From the NCBI GenBank assembly GCA_963662285.2, contig CAXXMV010000006.1, positions 1,056,001-1,120,000 of the forward strand: 64,000 bases of DNA. Direction: 5' to 3'. Shown here piece by piece: positions 28,604 to 37,374 of the stretch (its first letter is position 1; every line of letters starts with the position of its first letter). Under the pieces are notes generated by a model. The model ran no database searches and had not been told where the DNA came from. It saw only the letters and a list, made by a program, of their open reading frames with translations. Position numbers and translations under genes: made by a program. This DNA comes from a bacterium (lineage in GTDB: Bacteria; Hinthialibacterota; Hinthialibacteria; Hinthialibacterales; Hinthialibacteraceae).

Positions 28604-31333
28604 ATGGTTCGAATTACGCAAAATCTAATAAGCGACCGGACGTTATTCAATCTTCAGCGAGGTATCAAGAGGTATACTGATGCTCAGAATGTTGTATCTA
28701 CCGGACAGAGGATCACCAAGCCGGTGGATGATCCTATCGGCTTCCCGGTAGCGTTGAATCTTCGATCTTCGATTCAGCAGGGGCGCAGTTTTCAACGCAA
28801 TGTGGAATCGGCTCGTGGTAATCTTGAGTTGACTGAAACCACCATGAATAGTTTGACTGAGACGCTGCAAAGCATACGCAGTTTAAGCGTGCAAGGTGGA
28901 AACAGTATTGATCCTAATGCCCGGATTTCCATTGCTGAACAAATAGCGGAATTATACGGACATATCTATGATCTATCCAATACTGATTACAAAGGCCAAT
29001 CAATCTTTGGCGGCAGCGTTACTGATGGAAACGCTTTTAGCGTAAAAGATAATGCGATTATTTATAATGGCGATGATTTTGAACGAAACATGATGATCAG
29101 CAAGAATGCGCAAATCACCAATAACCTGAATGGCTTCGATACCTTCCTGCATACTCCTAACCAGATCACCGGAGCAGTGAGCATTGAAGATGTTTCCGCG
29201 CCTTTATATCAACAATTAAGCAAAGCCAATCCCAATTTCACCAATCTTCCTGCGGTGACTGATGGTCCTCAGGGAGCGTTGGTTGATCCGTCGCCCAATC
29301 CGAACAATAGCCCTACTGAATTGCCCAACCAGTATGCCTCGTTTGAAATATATGGTAATGAAATTCGCGTTGATATTTCAACCGATTCGCTGGAAGATGT
29401 TGTTGATCGAATTAATGTGCAAGTAGAGGATGTCACTGCCAGCATTAATGAACGGAACCAGTTGGTAATTACATCAAAAAGAACCGATGGACTTGACTTA
29501 AGTGATGGTGAACGGCAACTGGGTTTTGAACCGGATACTCCCAATGGCTTAAATTTATTGAGCGCCTTGGGGATGAATCGGGTAGTGGAAAGTTCGCGTC
29601 CGCTAACCCGTGGGTATCCCGCAACCGATCCGATTACTGATGGAACTATCAGTCCCGCTCCAGCCAGGGGCGGAGTAAGCGTAAAGAATAGTTCTTTTCT
29701 TTTTGCGGGAACCAATAATGGTCCTTATGATAATCCTGCTGTTCCTTTCGGAGATAACCTGGCAATAACCAATATCGATTCTGAAGGGAATGACGCCTAT
29801 CTCGCCAATGGCGATCCTGATTTTATTAATGAACTGGAAGCGATTCGGATTACTATTGATGACGAGGTGATTGATATCGACTTACGCGCATTAACGGAAG
29901 GTCGCGATTTCGATGCAGTGGTTGGTAATGATGACGATATGCCTGGTTCGACGGTAGAGGATCTACTGGAACTTATAAATAATCATCCCGCCCTTAAAGG
30001 GAGAGCGACAGCGTATATCAATGCAGACCAAAGCGGGATCAGTTTATCCGCAACCAGCAGTACTGATGTGTTTAAGGTGGATAACGTTCGCAAATTATTT
30101 GGCCGCGACATAACTCAGAGTGTCGCCATTGACGCCGTAACCAGTGATGTTACGGTGACCGACGCCGGAAGAATTTCAATGGATACCAAACTGGATGATC
30201 TGCCCGGCGCATTGGTCGATCCGGTTGACGGTAGTTTGGGAGTGCGCCGTGATGCGCCGCCTCCAATAGGCAGTGAGCCTAATCCAAACCGGGGATTAAT
30301 CGCCATTTCCAATGATGGAGATAATGTCGGCATCGATCTGCAGGATGCAGAAACTATCGGTGATGTGATTCGGGCTATTAATGATTCAAAAGTCGGCGTT
30401 GAAGCGCGCATCAATGAAAGCGGAACCGGCATCAATATTGTTTCTCTTCGAGCTGGTGAGGGTGAGTTGAGCATCGTCGACATGTTTGACGGAACTCTGG
30501 CCCGTGATTTAGGTTTGTTCAGTCCTCCAGCGCCGGTCCGGGTGCAATCCAGTGCTGGTTTAGCTGAAACCGACATTCTGGGCGCCTCATTCGGGACTAT
30601 GTCGAATGGTTCGTTTGATATAGAAGTGCGTGATGGAGCTGGAAGAACGCTTGATACATACACCATTGACGCCACTACCACGGATACCATAGAGAGCCTG
30701 GTGAAGAAAATTGATGAGTCGGATGGCAAAGCCGGGCCGGGCGGCGGTTTGATCTCAGCCTATTATAGCGGCGGCGAAATAAATATCGTCAGTAATTATG
30801 ATGGTCATGTAATTGTTATAGATCCAGCCAATGATACAACTGGAACCGACGCCGCTTCACGGATAACCAATCTGCTGGATATTGATGCTTATACATTTAC
30901 TCTTGAAACTGATACGCCAGCCACGGCTTATGAAAGCAAACAGAATACTGCTTCGATTATGGGAATCAGCGCCGATGGCGATGTTAATGAAATAGAAGAA
31001 CAGAATATTTTTAATACTGTAAAAAGCCTTGAAAATGCTCTCCGGCAAGATGACACGGAGGGGATTTCGCAAGCATTAACCAATATTGATAAAGACCTGG
31101 AAGCGATTCTTAATAAACGAACCACTCTGGGCGCTCGAATCAACCGCCTGGACGCAACCTCAGCTAATTTGCAGGATGGCGAAGATTTTATGCGCCAGGA
31201 ACTATCCAGCATTGAAGATGCGGATTTGGCCGCATCGGTCTCAGAAATGACCTTGGCGCAGAATGCCTTCAATGCGGCGCTATCAGCGTCATCAAACGTG
31301 ATCCAACAGTCGTTGATGGATTTTCTTCGGTAG
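28604..31333 (+). CDS. flgL: Flagellar hook-associated protein 3, extended (909 aa)
   Basis: MVRITQN...STGQRITKPVDDP N-terminus; LGARINRL...LSSIEDAD...QQSLMDFLR C-terminus; directly after flgK. Confidence 0.9.
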   Translation: MVRITQNLISDRTLFNLQRGIKRYTDAQNVVSTGQRITKPVDDPIGFPVALNLRSSIQQGRSFQRNVESARGNLELTETTMNSLTETLQSIRSLSVQGGNSIDPNARISIAEQIAELYGHIYDLSNTDYKGQSIFGGSVTDGNAFSVKDNAIIYNGDDFERNMMISKNAQITNNLNGFDTFLHTPNQITGAVSIEDVSAPLYQQLSKANPNFTNLPAVTDGPQGALVDPSPNPNNSPTELPNQYASFEIYGNEIRVDISTDSLEDVVDRINVQVEDVTASINERNQLVITSKRTDGLDLSDGERQLGFEPDTPNGLNLLSALGMNRVVESSRPLTRGYPATDPITDGTISPAPARGGVSVKNSSFLFAGTNNGPYDNPAVPFGDNLAITNIDSEGNDAYLANGDPDFINELEAIRITIDDEVIDIDLRALTEGRDFDAVVGNDDDMPGSTVEDLLELINNHPALKGRATAYINADQSGISLSATSSTDVFKVDNVRKLFGRDITQSVAIDAVTSDVTVTDAGRISMDTKLDDLPGALVDPVDGSLGVRRDAPPPIGSEPNPNRGLIAISNDGDNVGIDLQDAETIGDVIRAINDSKVGVEARINESGTGINIVSLRAGEGELSIVDMFDGTLARDLGLFSPPAPVRVQSSAGLAETDILGASFGTMSNGSFDIEVRDGAGRTLDTYTIDATTTDTIESLVKKIDESDGKAGPGGGLISAYYSGGEINIVSNYDGHVIVIDPANDTTGTDAASRITNLLDIDAYTFTLETDTPATAYESKQNTASIMGISADGDVNEIEEQNIFNTVKSLENALRQDDTEGISQALTNIDKDLEAILNKRTTLGARINRLDATSANLQDGEDFMRQELSSIEDADLAASVSEMTLAQNAFNAALSASSNVIQQSLMDFLR

Positions 31334-31360
31334 AATTGCTTGGTATTTATTAATCCATTA

Positions 31361-31389
31361 TCCGGCAATAAGAAAATCATATTGCCGGA
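31361..31389. terminator. Hairpin between flgL and the convergent TPR gene
   Basis: TCCGGCAATA-N9-TATTGCCGGA inverted repeat. Confidence 0.55.
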
Positions 31390-31426
31390 TTTGTTATTCT
31401 GATTAACGGGGAATCACATTAGGCGA

Positions 31427-31753
31427 CTACATTTTACCCATGCTAAGATGGCGTGAAGCATTCATGGCTTCTTCCGCTTCGGGAATCATGCCTTTTTTAA
31501 CGAACACGCGCGACAGGTTGGTATAAACCAGCGGTTCATGCGAATCAAATTCCGCTGCTTTTTTCGCTGCTTCCAATGCGTTATCAAAATCTTCCATTTG
31601 TTGATATGCAATAGAGATGGCCAGATAAATCTCTCCATCATTGGAGTCTTCTTCTAAGGCTTTTTTATATAGCTCAATGGCTTCTTCGTTTTTGCCTTCG
31701 TCGAAGAGATCGAGTCCCTTGCTGTATAATTCTTCTTTGGCTCCCATGATCAC
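31427..31753 (-). CDS. Tetratricopeptide repeat protein
   Basis: TPR-like helices (EEAIELYKKAL, DNALEAAKKA, PEAEEAM); RBS AGGAG. Confidence 0.85.
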   Translation of the reverse strand: MIMGAKEELYSKGLDLFDEGKNEEAIELYKKALEEDSNDGEIYLAISIAYQQMEDFDNALEAAKKAAEFDSHEPLVYTNLSRVFVKKGMIPEAEEAMNASRHLSMGKM

Positions 31754-32015
31754 TCCTGGATTTTATTTATTAGTTTGTGCGTCAAATATTATCTCTTGCT
31801 TATTATATATATTGTAACACGCAAATCATTGTAGCACGTTCATAATGAAATTCGATTGATGTTTGCACAGTTTGTTATTTTTTGAAGGTCTTACGTCGAA
31901 ATAATTCGTTTTTATTTTCAAATATTTTAGGATTCTGAAGTACATGGTTTTTCAGGATTTTCCTGCACGAGAGATTAAAATTATCAGAAGAAGCGTACTT
32001 TTGTTTAAAGCATTG

Positions 32016-32045
32016 TTGACAAACTCAAATACTCAATGTGATAAT
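32016..32045 (+). promoter_or_regulatory. Putative sigma70 promoter (extended -10)
   Basis: TTGACA-18 bp-GATAAT, with TGn immediately before the -10. Confidence 0.55.
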
Positions 32046-32126
32046 CGATTGCCAAAAAGAAATGAAGGACGATTTTTGTTTCATATAGGGAATATTGGAT
32101 TCCATTCAACATAATCGCATGATGCG

Positions 32127-32966
32127 ATGAAAGAGGTGATAATGAGTACTTTTTTGCATGAAAAAATACGTCTTATTATTCGACCTATCGCTTTGACTAT
32201 CTTGTTTCCCGTATTAGGATTCTTGATCTGTCTTTTGCTCAAACTATTTTGCCATATTGAGATTCCCCGGTTAATCCAGTCGATCATTAATTTCCCGATT
32301 GCTGCATTGGCTGCGTTCGTATTGTTCCCGCGAGTGTTGGGCATTCCCTTTGGCAAAATTCCAGTGAAGGATTTTAATCAGAAGATAGGCTTATATCTTC
32401 CTGGCAGCGCCTGGAAACACATTATACTTGGAGTGATGCTCGCTGCATGTACGTTGTCGGGTATGCTGGTTGCATCGATTATTTCGAGAAAATATATCCT
32501 GAACTACGGGGCCATTACTCTGACTCACCTGATTTTCGCTTTGAATCCCGGCCTCTGGGAAGAAGTGTTCTACCGGGGCATCCAGATGCTGATTCTGTTG
32601 GGTTTAACAAAATCCATCCGGAAGGCTGTTGTTATTCAGGTTGTTCTTTTCGGTCTTTTGCATATAAAGGGTTTTGATTTATCTGCGTTGATTGATGCTG
32701 TTTCTGTTATAGTCATAACCATTGGTTTTACTTATACGGCATACAAGACCGGGACTTTGATAGCCGGGATAGTGTTCCATTATTTACATGATGCTTTATT
32801 ATTCTTTGTGCAGATACCAGGCGGCGTAGAGTGGAGCAATTCTGACAGGATTTGGTTTTACGCTCTGTTGTGGTTGATGGTTGGATTTGGGTGCCTGGTG
32901 ACAAAAATGGCAGCGGAGAAATTTAATGTCCGAACTTCAAGTGGATTATATACGATAAAAATATGA
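32127..32966 (+). CDS. CPBP (CAAX/Abi)-family intramembrane metalloprotease
   Basis: EEVFYRG, FGLLH and HYLHD motifs; multiple TMs; start may be 32142. Confidence 0.88.
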   Translation: MKEVIMSTFLHEKIRLIIRPIALTILFPVLGFLICLLLKLFCHIEIPRLIQSIINFPIAALAAFVLFPRVLGIPFGKIPVKDFNQKIGLYLPGSAWKHIILGVMLAACTLSGMLVASIISRKYILNYGAITLTHLIFALNPGLWEEVFYRGIQMLILLGLTKSIRKAVVIQVVLFGLLHIKGFDLSALIDAVSVIVITIGFTYTAYKTGTLIAGIVFHYLHDALLFFVQIPGGVEWSNSDRIWFYALLWLMVGFGCLVTKMAAEKFNVRTSSGLYTIKI

Positions 32967-34540
32967 AATCTCGAATTGAATGGCTTATTTTACTGATAAT
33001 CGTTCTTGCTTTCGCCCTGCGGTTTATTGGTTTATCTCGTAATCCGCCTGGTTTATTCCGCGACGAAGCCGATAAGGGTTATACCTCTTATTGCCTTTTA
33101 GAGACGGGCATGGATCAGAGTGGACGATGCTGGCCTCTTTTTGTTAAGGCGATGAATGTCACTACGTCTTCGCTCTATCAATATGTAGATATTCCATTTA
33201 TCGCCATGTTTGGTTTGAGCGAAACAGCAGTGCGGCTTCCGGCATGTTTAGCAGGGGTTGCATCTGTATTGGTGGTTTATCTTCTGGCGCGTTCTCTTTG
33301 GGGATCGACTATTGGTTTATGGGCCGCGCTTTTTATATGTTTGTCGCCCTGGAGCATCTTGCTCAGTCGATGGGCTAACCAGTCAATTCTGTTGACGGTG
33401 AGCGTTCCATTGGGGATTTATTTCTTTCTTAGAGAAGGGAATCGAAAATTTCCCTCTGTATCTCATGCTTTGCTGTCGAGCCTGTGTTTTCTAGTCGCTC
33501 TTTACACCTACGCCCCGGCGCGGTTATTTGCGCCGGTGTTGTGCGTCTTGATCTGGGCCGCCTCGTTTTCAAAGAGCAATTTATCTGCTGCAAACCGAAG
33601 CATATACCTGAAATCATTGATAGCGTTCTTTGCTCTTTTCGCTGTGGGGTGTTGTCCGTTAGCTTACCATCTTCTATTTGAAGTGAAACAAAGCGCCGCA
33701 CGGCTTTCAAATATTTGGATATTCGATCAACCGTTGTCAGGAGCGGTTATCGAGTGGCTTAAGAATTACATGCTTCATCTATCTCCCGGTTTCCTTTTTT
33801 TGAATGGCGACGGAAACCTACGCCATAATACTAATGTATTCGGACAGGCTCATTGGTATATTTTTCCGTTGCTGGTTGCCGGGATAATCCAGGCTGTGCG
33901 GCGCCGCTCACGCATTGACCGGGTGTTGCTGGTTTGGTTCTTCTGTTTTCCTATCGCCGCCGCCTGCACCCGTGAGAGCATCCCCCATGCGCTGCGCAGC
34001 GTTTTCGCCATACCGGTTTTGCAGGTGATGGCAGCTTATGGCATTGTTGCGTTGTATCAATGGAAGAATGAAATATCCATCCGGATATCCAGGGAAACCA
34101 TAAAAACCTGCGTGGTGGTATGGTTAATAGCGCTTGTTCTTTTTCCCTTGATCTTTCAGTATGATTTAATGTTTCGCTATCCGAAATACGCCGCTCTGGA
34201 CTGGGAATATGGCTATAAGGATGCGTTGCATTGGTATAATGAACATAATAGTGAAGCCGATAAAATCATCGTCTCCGGATTGGCGGAATACCCCTATGTG
34301 TTTTTTCTATTCTATGGCGAATATTCGCCTGAGCAGTGGATCAAGCAGCAAAACATAGAAAATGTCGAGTTTTATCCTATTGGCAAGCCAGTACAATCCG
34401 TATTGGATAAATCCCAGGGGCGCATATTATATTTACTGCGTCAGGAAGAATTGCCCATAGCCCCATCGGAGCAATTAATAAGATTGCCCAACGGTCAGGT
34501 GATTTGGAAATGGGTGGCCTGGGGTAAACGTCATGACTGA
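32963..34540 (+). CDS. ArnT/PMT-like GT-C membrane glycosyltransferase
   Basis: PPGLFRDEA; FGLSETAVRLP; SPWSILLSR; many TMs; ATGA overlap with the upstream gene. Confidence 0.85.
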   Translation: MKSRIEWLILLIIVLAFALRFIGLSRNPPGLFRDEADKGYTSYCLLETGMDQSGRCWPLFVKAMNVTTSSLYQYVDIPFIAMFGLSETAVRLPACLAGVASVLVVYLLARSLWGSTIGLWAALFICLSPWSILLSRWANQSILLTVSVPLGIYFFLREGNRKFPSVSHALLSSLCFLVALYTYAPARLFAPVLCVLIWAASFSKSNLSAANRSIYLKSLIAFFALFAVGCCPLAYHLLFEVKQSAARLSNIWIFDQPLSGAVIEWLKNYMLHLSPGFLFLNGDGNLRHNTNVFGQAHWYIFPLLVAGIIQAVRRRSRIDRVLLVWFFCFPIAAACTRESIPHALRSVFAIPVLQVMAAYGIVALYQWKNEISIRISRETIKTCVVVWLIALVLFPLIFQYDLMFRYPKYAALDWEYGYKDALHWYNEHNSEADKIIVSGLAEYPYVFFLFYGEYSPEQWIKQQNIENVEFYPIGKPVQSVLDKSQGRILYLLRQEELPIAPSEQLIRLPNGQVIWKWVAWGKRHD

Positions 34541-34625
34541 TTGTGCGCCTGACCTGGACGAAAATGATGCGTAAAGTATAAATAGAGTTATATGGATTAG
34601 TTGTTTGGACAGAAAGTAGGTTTGC

Positions 34626-35399
34626 ATGGACATTTGCCAAATCGCGCAGGAAATGCGTCCGGTGGTATATCAGGCTGGAGAAATCGCCAAGCGGTATTTT
34701 TCCAACGTAATAGCTGAACGTAAAGCGGATCGCAGCATGGTCACGGTTGCGGATAGAGAAGTTGAATTATTCTTGAAACAGGAGATTGAACAGCGCTTTC
34801 CTGAACATGGCGTATTGGGCGAAGAGTTTGGCCACCACCAGCTGGATAACTCTGATTATATATGGGTGCTTGATCCGATTGACGGCACGGCGCCCTTTGT
34901 CTATGAATTACCGGTCTGGTGCATCTCGGTGGGACTTTTATATAAAAAGAAGCCGGTGTTGGGTTTTGTTTATCTGCCCGTTGTGGATGAATTATACTGG
35001 GCCTACGAAGGCAGTCACGCCCATGTCAACGACCGGATTATCAATGTCGCCGAGCCTTGTGAGATGGATCGCGCCACCTGCATCGTGGCGCCATCCGCGA
35101 CGGTAAGAGGCTTTTCCATGCAATACAAAGGCCGGGTGTTGTCATTTGGATCGGCGGCGGCGCATATGTGCTATGTGGCGCGGGGCAACCTGCATGGCGG
35201 CATCCTCATGCAGGTGCGCATCTGGGATATTGCGGCATCGGCGGCCATCATAAATGCGGCCGGGGGAGAGATGCGTTATCTAGGTGACGGGGAAATTGAA
35301 TTCGGCCAACTGATCGACGGCAGAAAAATGGAGCCATTTTTAATCGGACATTCGCATAATGTCGATAAACTTGCGGGATTGTTAGTTTCTAAAGCGTAG
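34626..35399 (+). CDS. Inositol monophosphatase-family protein
   Basis: VTVADREVE, GEE, WVLDPIDGT, WDIAA motifs. Confidence 0.9.
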   Translation: MDICQIAQEMRPVVYQAGEIAKRYFSNVIAERKADRSMVTVADREVELFLKQEIEQRFPEHGVLGEEFGHHQLDNSDYIWVLDPIDGTAPFVYELPVWCISVGLLYKKKPVLGFVYLPVVDELYWAYEGSHAHVNDRIINVAEPCEMDRATCIVAPSATVRGFSMQYKGRVLSFGSAAAHMCYVARGNLHGGILMQVRIWDIAASAAIINAAGGEMRYLGDGEIEFGQLIDGRKMEPFLIGHSHNVDKLAGLLVSKA

Positions 35400-35594
35400 T
35401 TACTCTCAATAAATTGCTTATGTTATTTTTATGATTTCTTTGTATCATGCACCTAAGTGCAATTATCAGAATCATATTCGTTTAATATCATGTTTGATTC
35501 TCGAAAAAGACAATCTTTTCTATTTTTCTCTCTAATTATGCGCCAAATCGACGATATCAAAGCGGAACGTTGTATGATCCCAGGTATGATCTAG

Positions 35595-36683
35595 TTATTC
35601 TATATCTTCTTTTACAGGTAATCTGATAATAAAAGTAGAGCCTTTTCCCTCTTCGCTTTTGAAACTTAAATTCCCATTATGCGCTTCAATGATCCGCTTG
35701 GTTATGGCTAAACCCAAGCCCGTACCTTTTTCTCCCTTGGTGGTAAAAAATGGTTGCCAGATTTTATCCTGTATGTCTGTAGGGATTCCACATCCTGTAT
35801 CGATAATATTGATCGTAATTTCTTTTTTATTGGAATTTACTTCAATAATCACGGAACCTTCTCCGTTCATGGCGTGGGCGGCATTTCGCAATAAATTGAT
35901 TAATACTTGAATGATTCGATCCTGGTCGCAGATAAAACAAGGATCGTCAGGATTTGTTATTTCATATTGGATGTGTTTAGTTTCTGGATCGAATTCGAGA
36001 ATGCTTAAAACCGGTACAAGTAATTTAGAAACGGCAATAGATTCCTGTTTCAAGGTCTCGCACGTCTGTTTCCCATACGATTTTATTTCGTTCAGGATAG
36101 TCAATATCCGGTCTCTAGCCATAACCACCTGATTGGAGACCTTATTGATCAATTCATCGTCTGGATGCATCTGTTGAATGAGTTGCACGCCCATCAATAC
36201 ACTAAGTTGGTTACGTACTTCATGGTTGATGCCGCTAGCCACCTGACCGACGGTCGCCAGTTTTTCCAACCGCACCACATCGTCTAATAATCTCCGATTT
36301 TCAATAGTTAATTCCAAATTTTCAAGCGCCCTTTTTACCGTGATCAATAAATCATTCGGATCCCATGGTTTATTGATATAGCGATAGACGCGGCCAGTGT
36401 TTATCGCCCCGATCAAATCATCAACATCAGTAAAACCAGTAAGAATGATGCGTACAATTCCCGGACATAATTCAATACTTTTTTCAAGGAATTCAACACC
36501 GGACATTCGCGGCATGCGTTGATCGCTAACAATCAGAGAGACCTGATGGGTTTGCAACAATTCCAGTCCTTCCGCTCCGCTTAAAGCCGTCAAGACTTCA
36601 TAATCTTTTCTCAAAACGCGCCGAAGCGCATCAAGGTTATATTCTTCATCATCCACACAGAGAATCGTATGCTTGAAACTCAT
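35595..36683 (-). CDS. Hybrid receiver-histidine kinase (REC-HisKA-HATPase)
   Basis: LCVDDE, SDQRMP, KPW; HEVRNQL; NLLRNAAHAM; GTGLGL. Confidence 0.92.
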   Translation of the reverse strand: MSFKHTILCVDDEEYNLDALRRVLRKDYEVLTALSGAEGLELLQTHQVSLIVSDQRMPRMSGVEFLEKSIELCPGIVRIILTGFTDVDDLIGAINTGRVYRYINKPWDPNDLLITVKRALENLELTIENRRLLDDVVRLEKLATVGQVASGINHEVRNQLSVLMGVQLIQQMHPDDELINKVSNQVVMARDRILTILNEIKSYGKQTCETLKQESIAVSKLLVPVLSILEFDPETKHIQYEITNPDDPCFICDQDRIIQVLINLLRNAAHAMNGEGSVIIEVNSNKKEITINIIDTGCGIPTDIQDKIWQPFFTTKGEKGTGLGLAITKRIIEAHNGNLSFKSEEGKGSTFIIRLPVKEDIE

Positions 36684-36720
36684 TTTAATTTCTCCTGAAT
36701 ATAATAAAATAAAATAGAAT

Positions 36721-37305
36721 TCATTTGAATTTTTTTAATACTGTCAACAAACGGTTGATATCTACCGGTTTGATAATGAAATCGGTAGTTCCCCATTTCA
36801 AGGCTTCTTGTAAATAGTTCTTTTTCGGATTACCGGTCATAATAACCACCGGTGTTGTTGTATCGGTTTCCCTGATTATCCGGAGCGCATCCAAACCACT
36901 CATTTTTTTCATCTCGATATCCATTAAGACAAGGTCGGGTTGAACATCGTGGAATATACCTACGGCTTCCAGACCGTTGCCCGCCTCGGCCACAACATTA
37001 TAACCGTTAAGAATTAAAGTCCGCTTGATCATTTCACGGATGAAAACCACATCATCGACAATCATTATGGTGTTAATTGTTTTAGGGGATGAAATGGCCT
37101 GATCTTCATCAGGAACAACTGGCTTGGGCGCTAGAAAGGCAAGGGGTTCTTCCTGGGTTTCAACGCCCATGTGTTTGCGCCATTTTATGATTGTTTGCCG
37201 GAGATCATCGGTATCAATGATTCCGGAGTTGATCAGCACATCCGCTAATGCATATACAAATACTTGTTCAGTTTCCGAAGAAGGCTTCTCACTATTTTCA
37301 TTCAT
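36721..37305 (-). CDS. CheY-like response regulator with a short N-terminal helical domain
   Basis: IMIVDD, LMDIEM, MTG, KP; ~75-aa N-terminal extension. Confidence 0.88.
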   Translation of the reverse strand: MNENSEKPSSETEQVFVYALADVLINSGIIDTDDLRQTIIKWRKHMGVETQEEPLAFLAPKPVVPDEDQAISSPKTINTIMIVDDVVFIREMIKRTLILNGYNVVAEAGNGLEAVGIFHDVQPDLVLMDIEMKKMSGLDALRIIRETDTTTPVVIMTGNPKKNYLQEALKWGTTDFIIKPVDINRLLTVLKKFK

Positions 37306-37374
37306 GGTGACAATTTATTCTCCCTTAAAATATAGGGTAAGAGTGGTTTTCATCATAACATTCTGATTCGCCAT

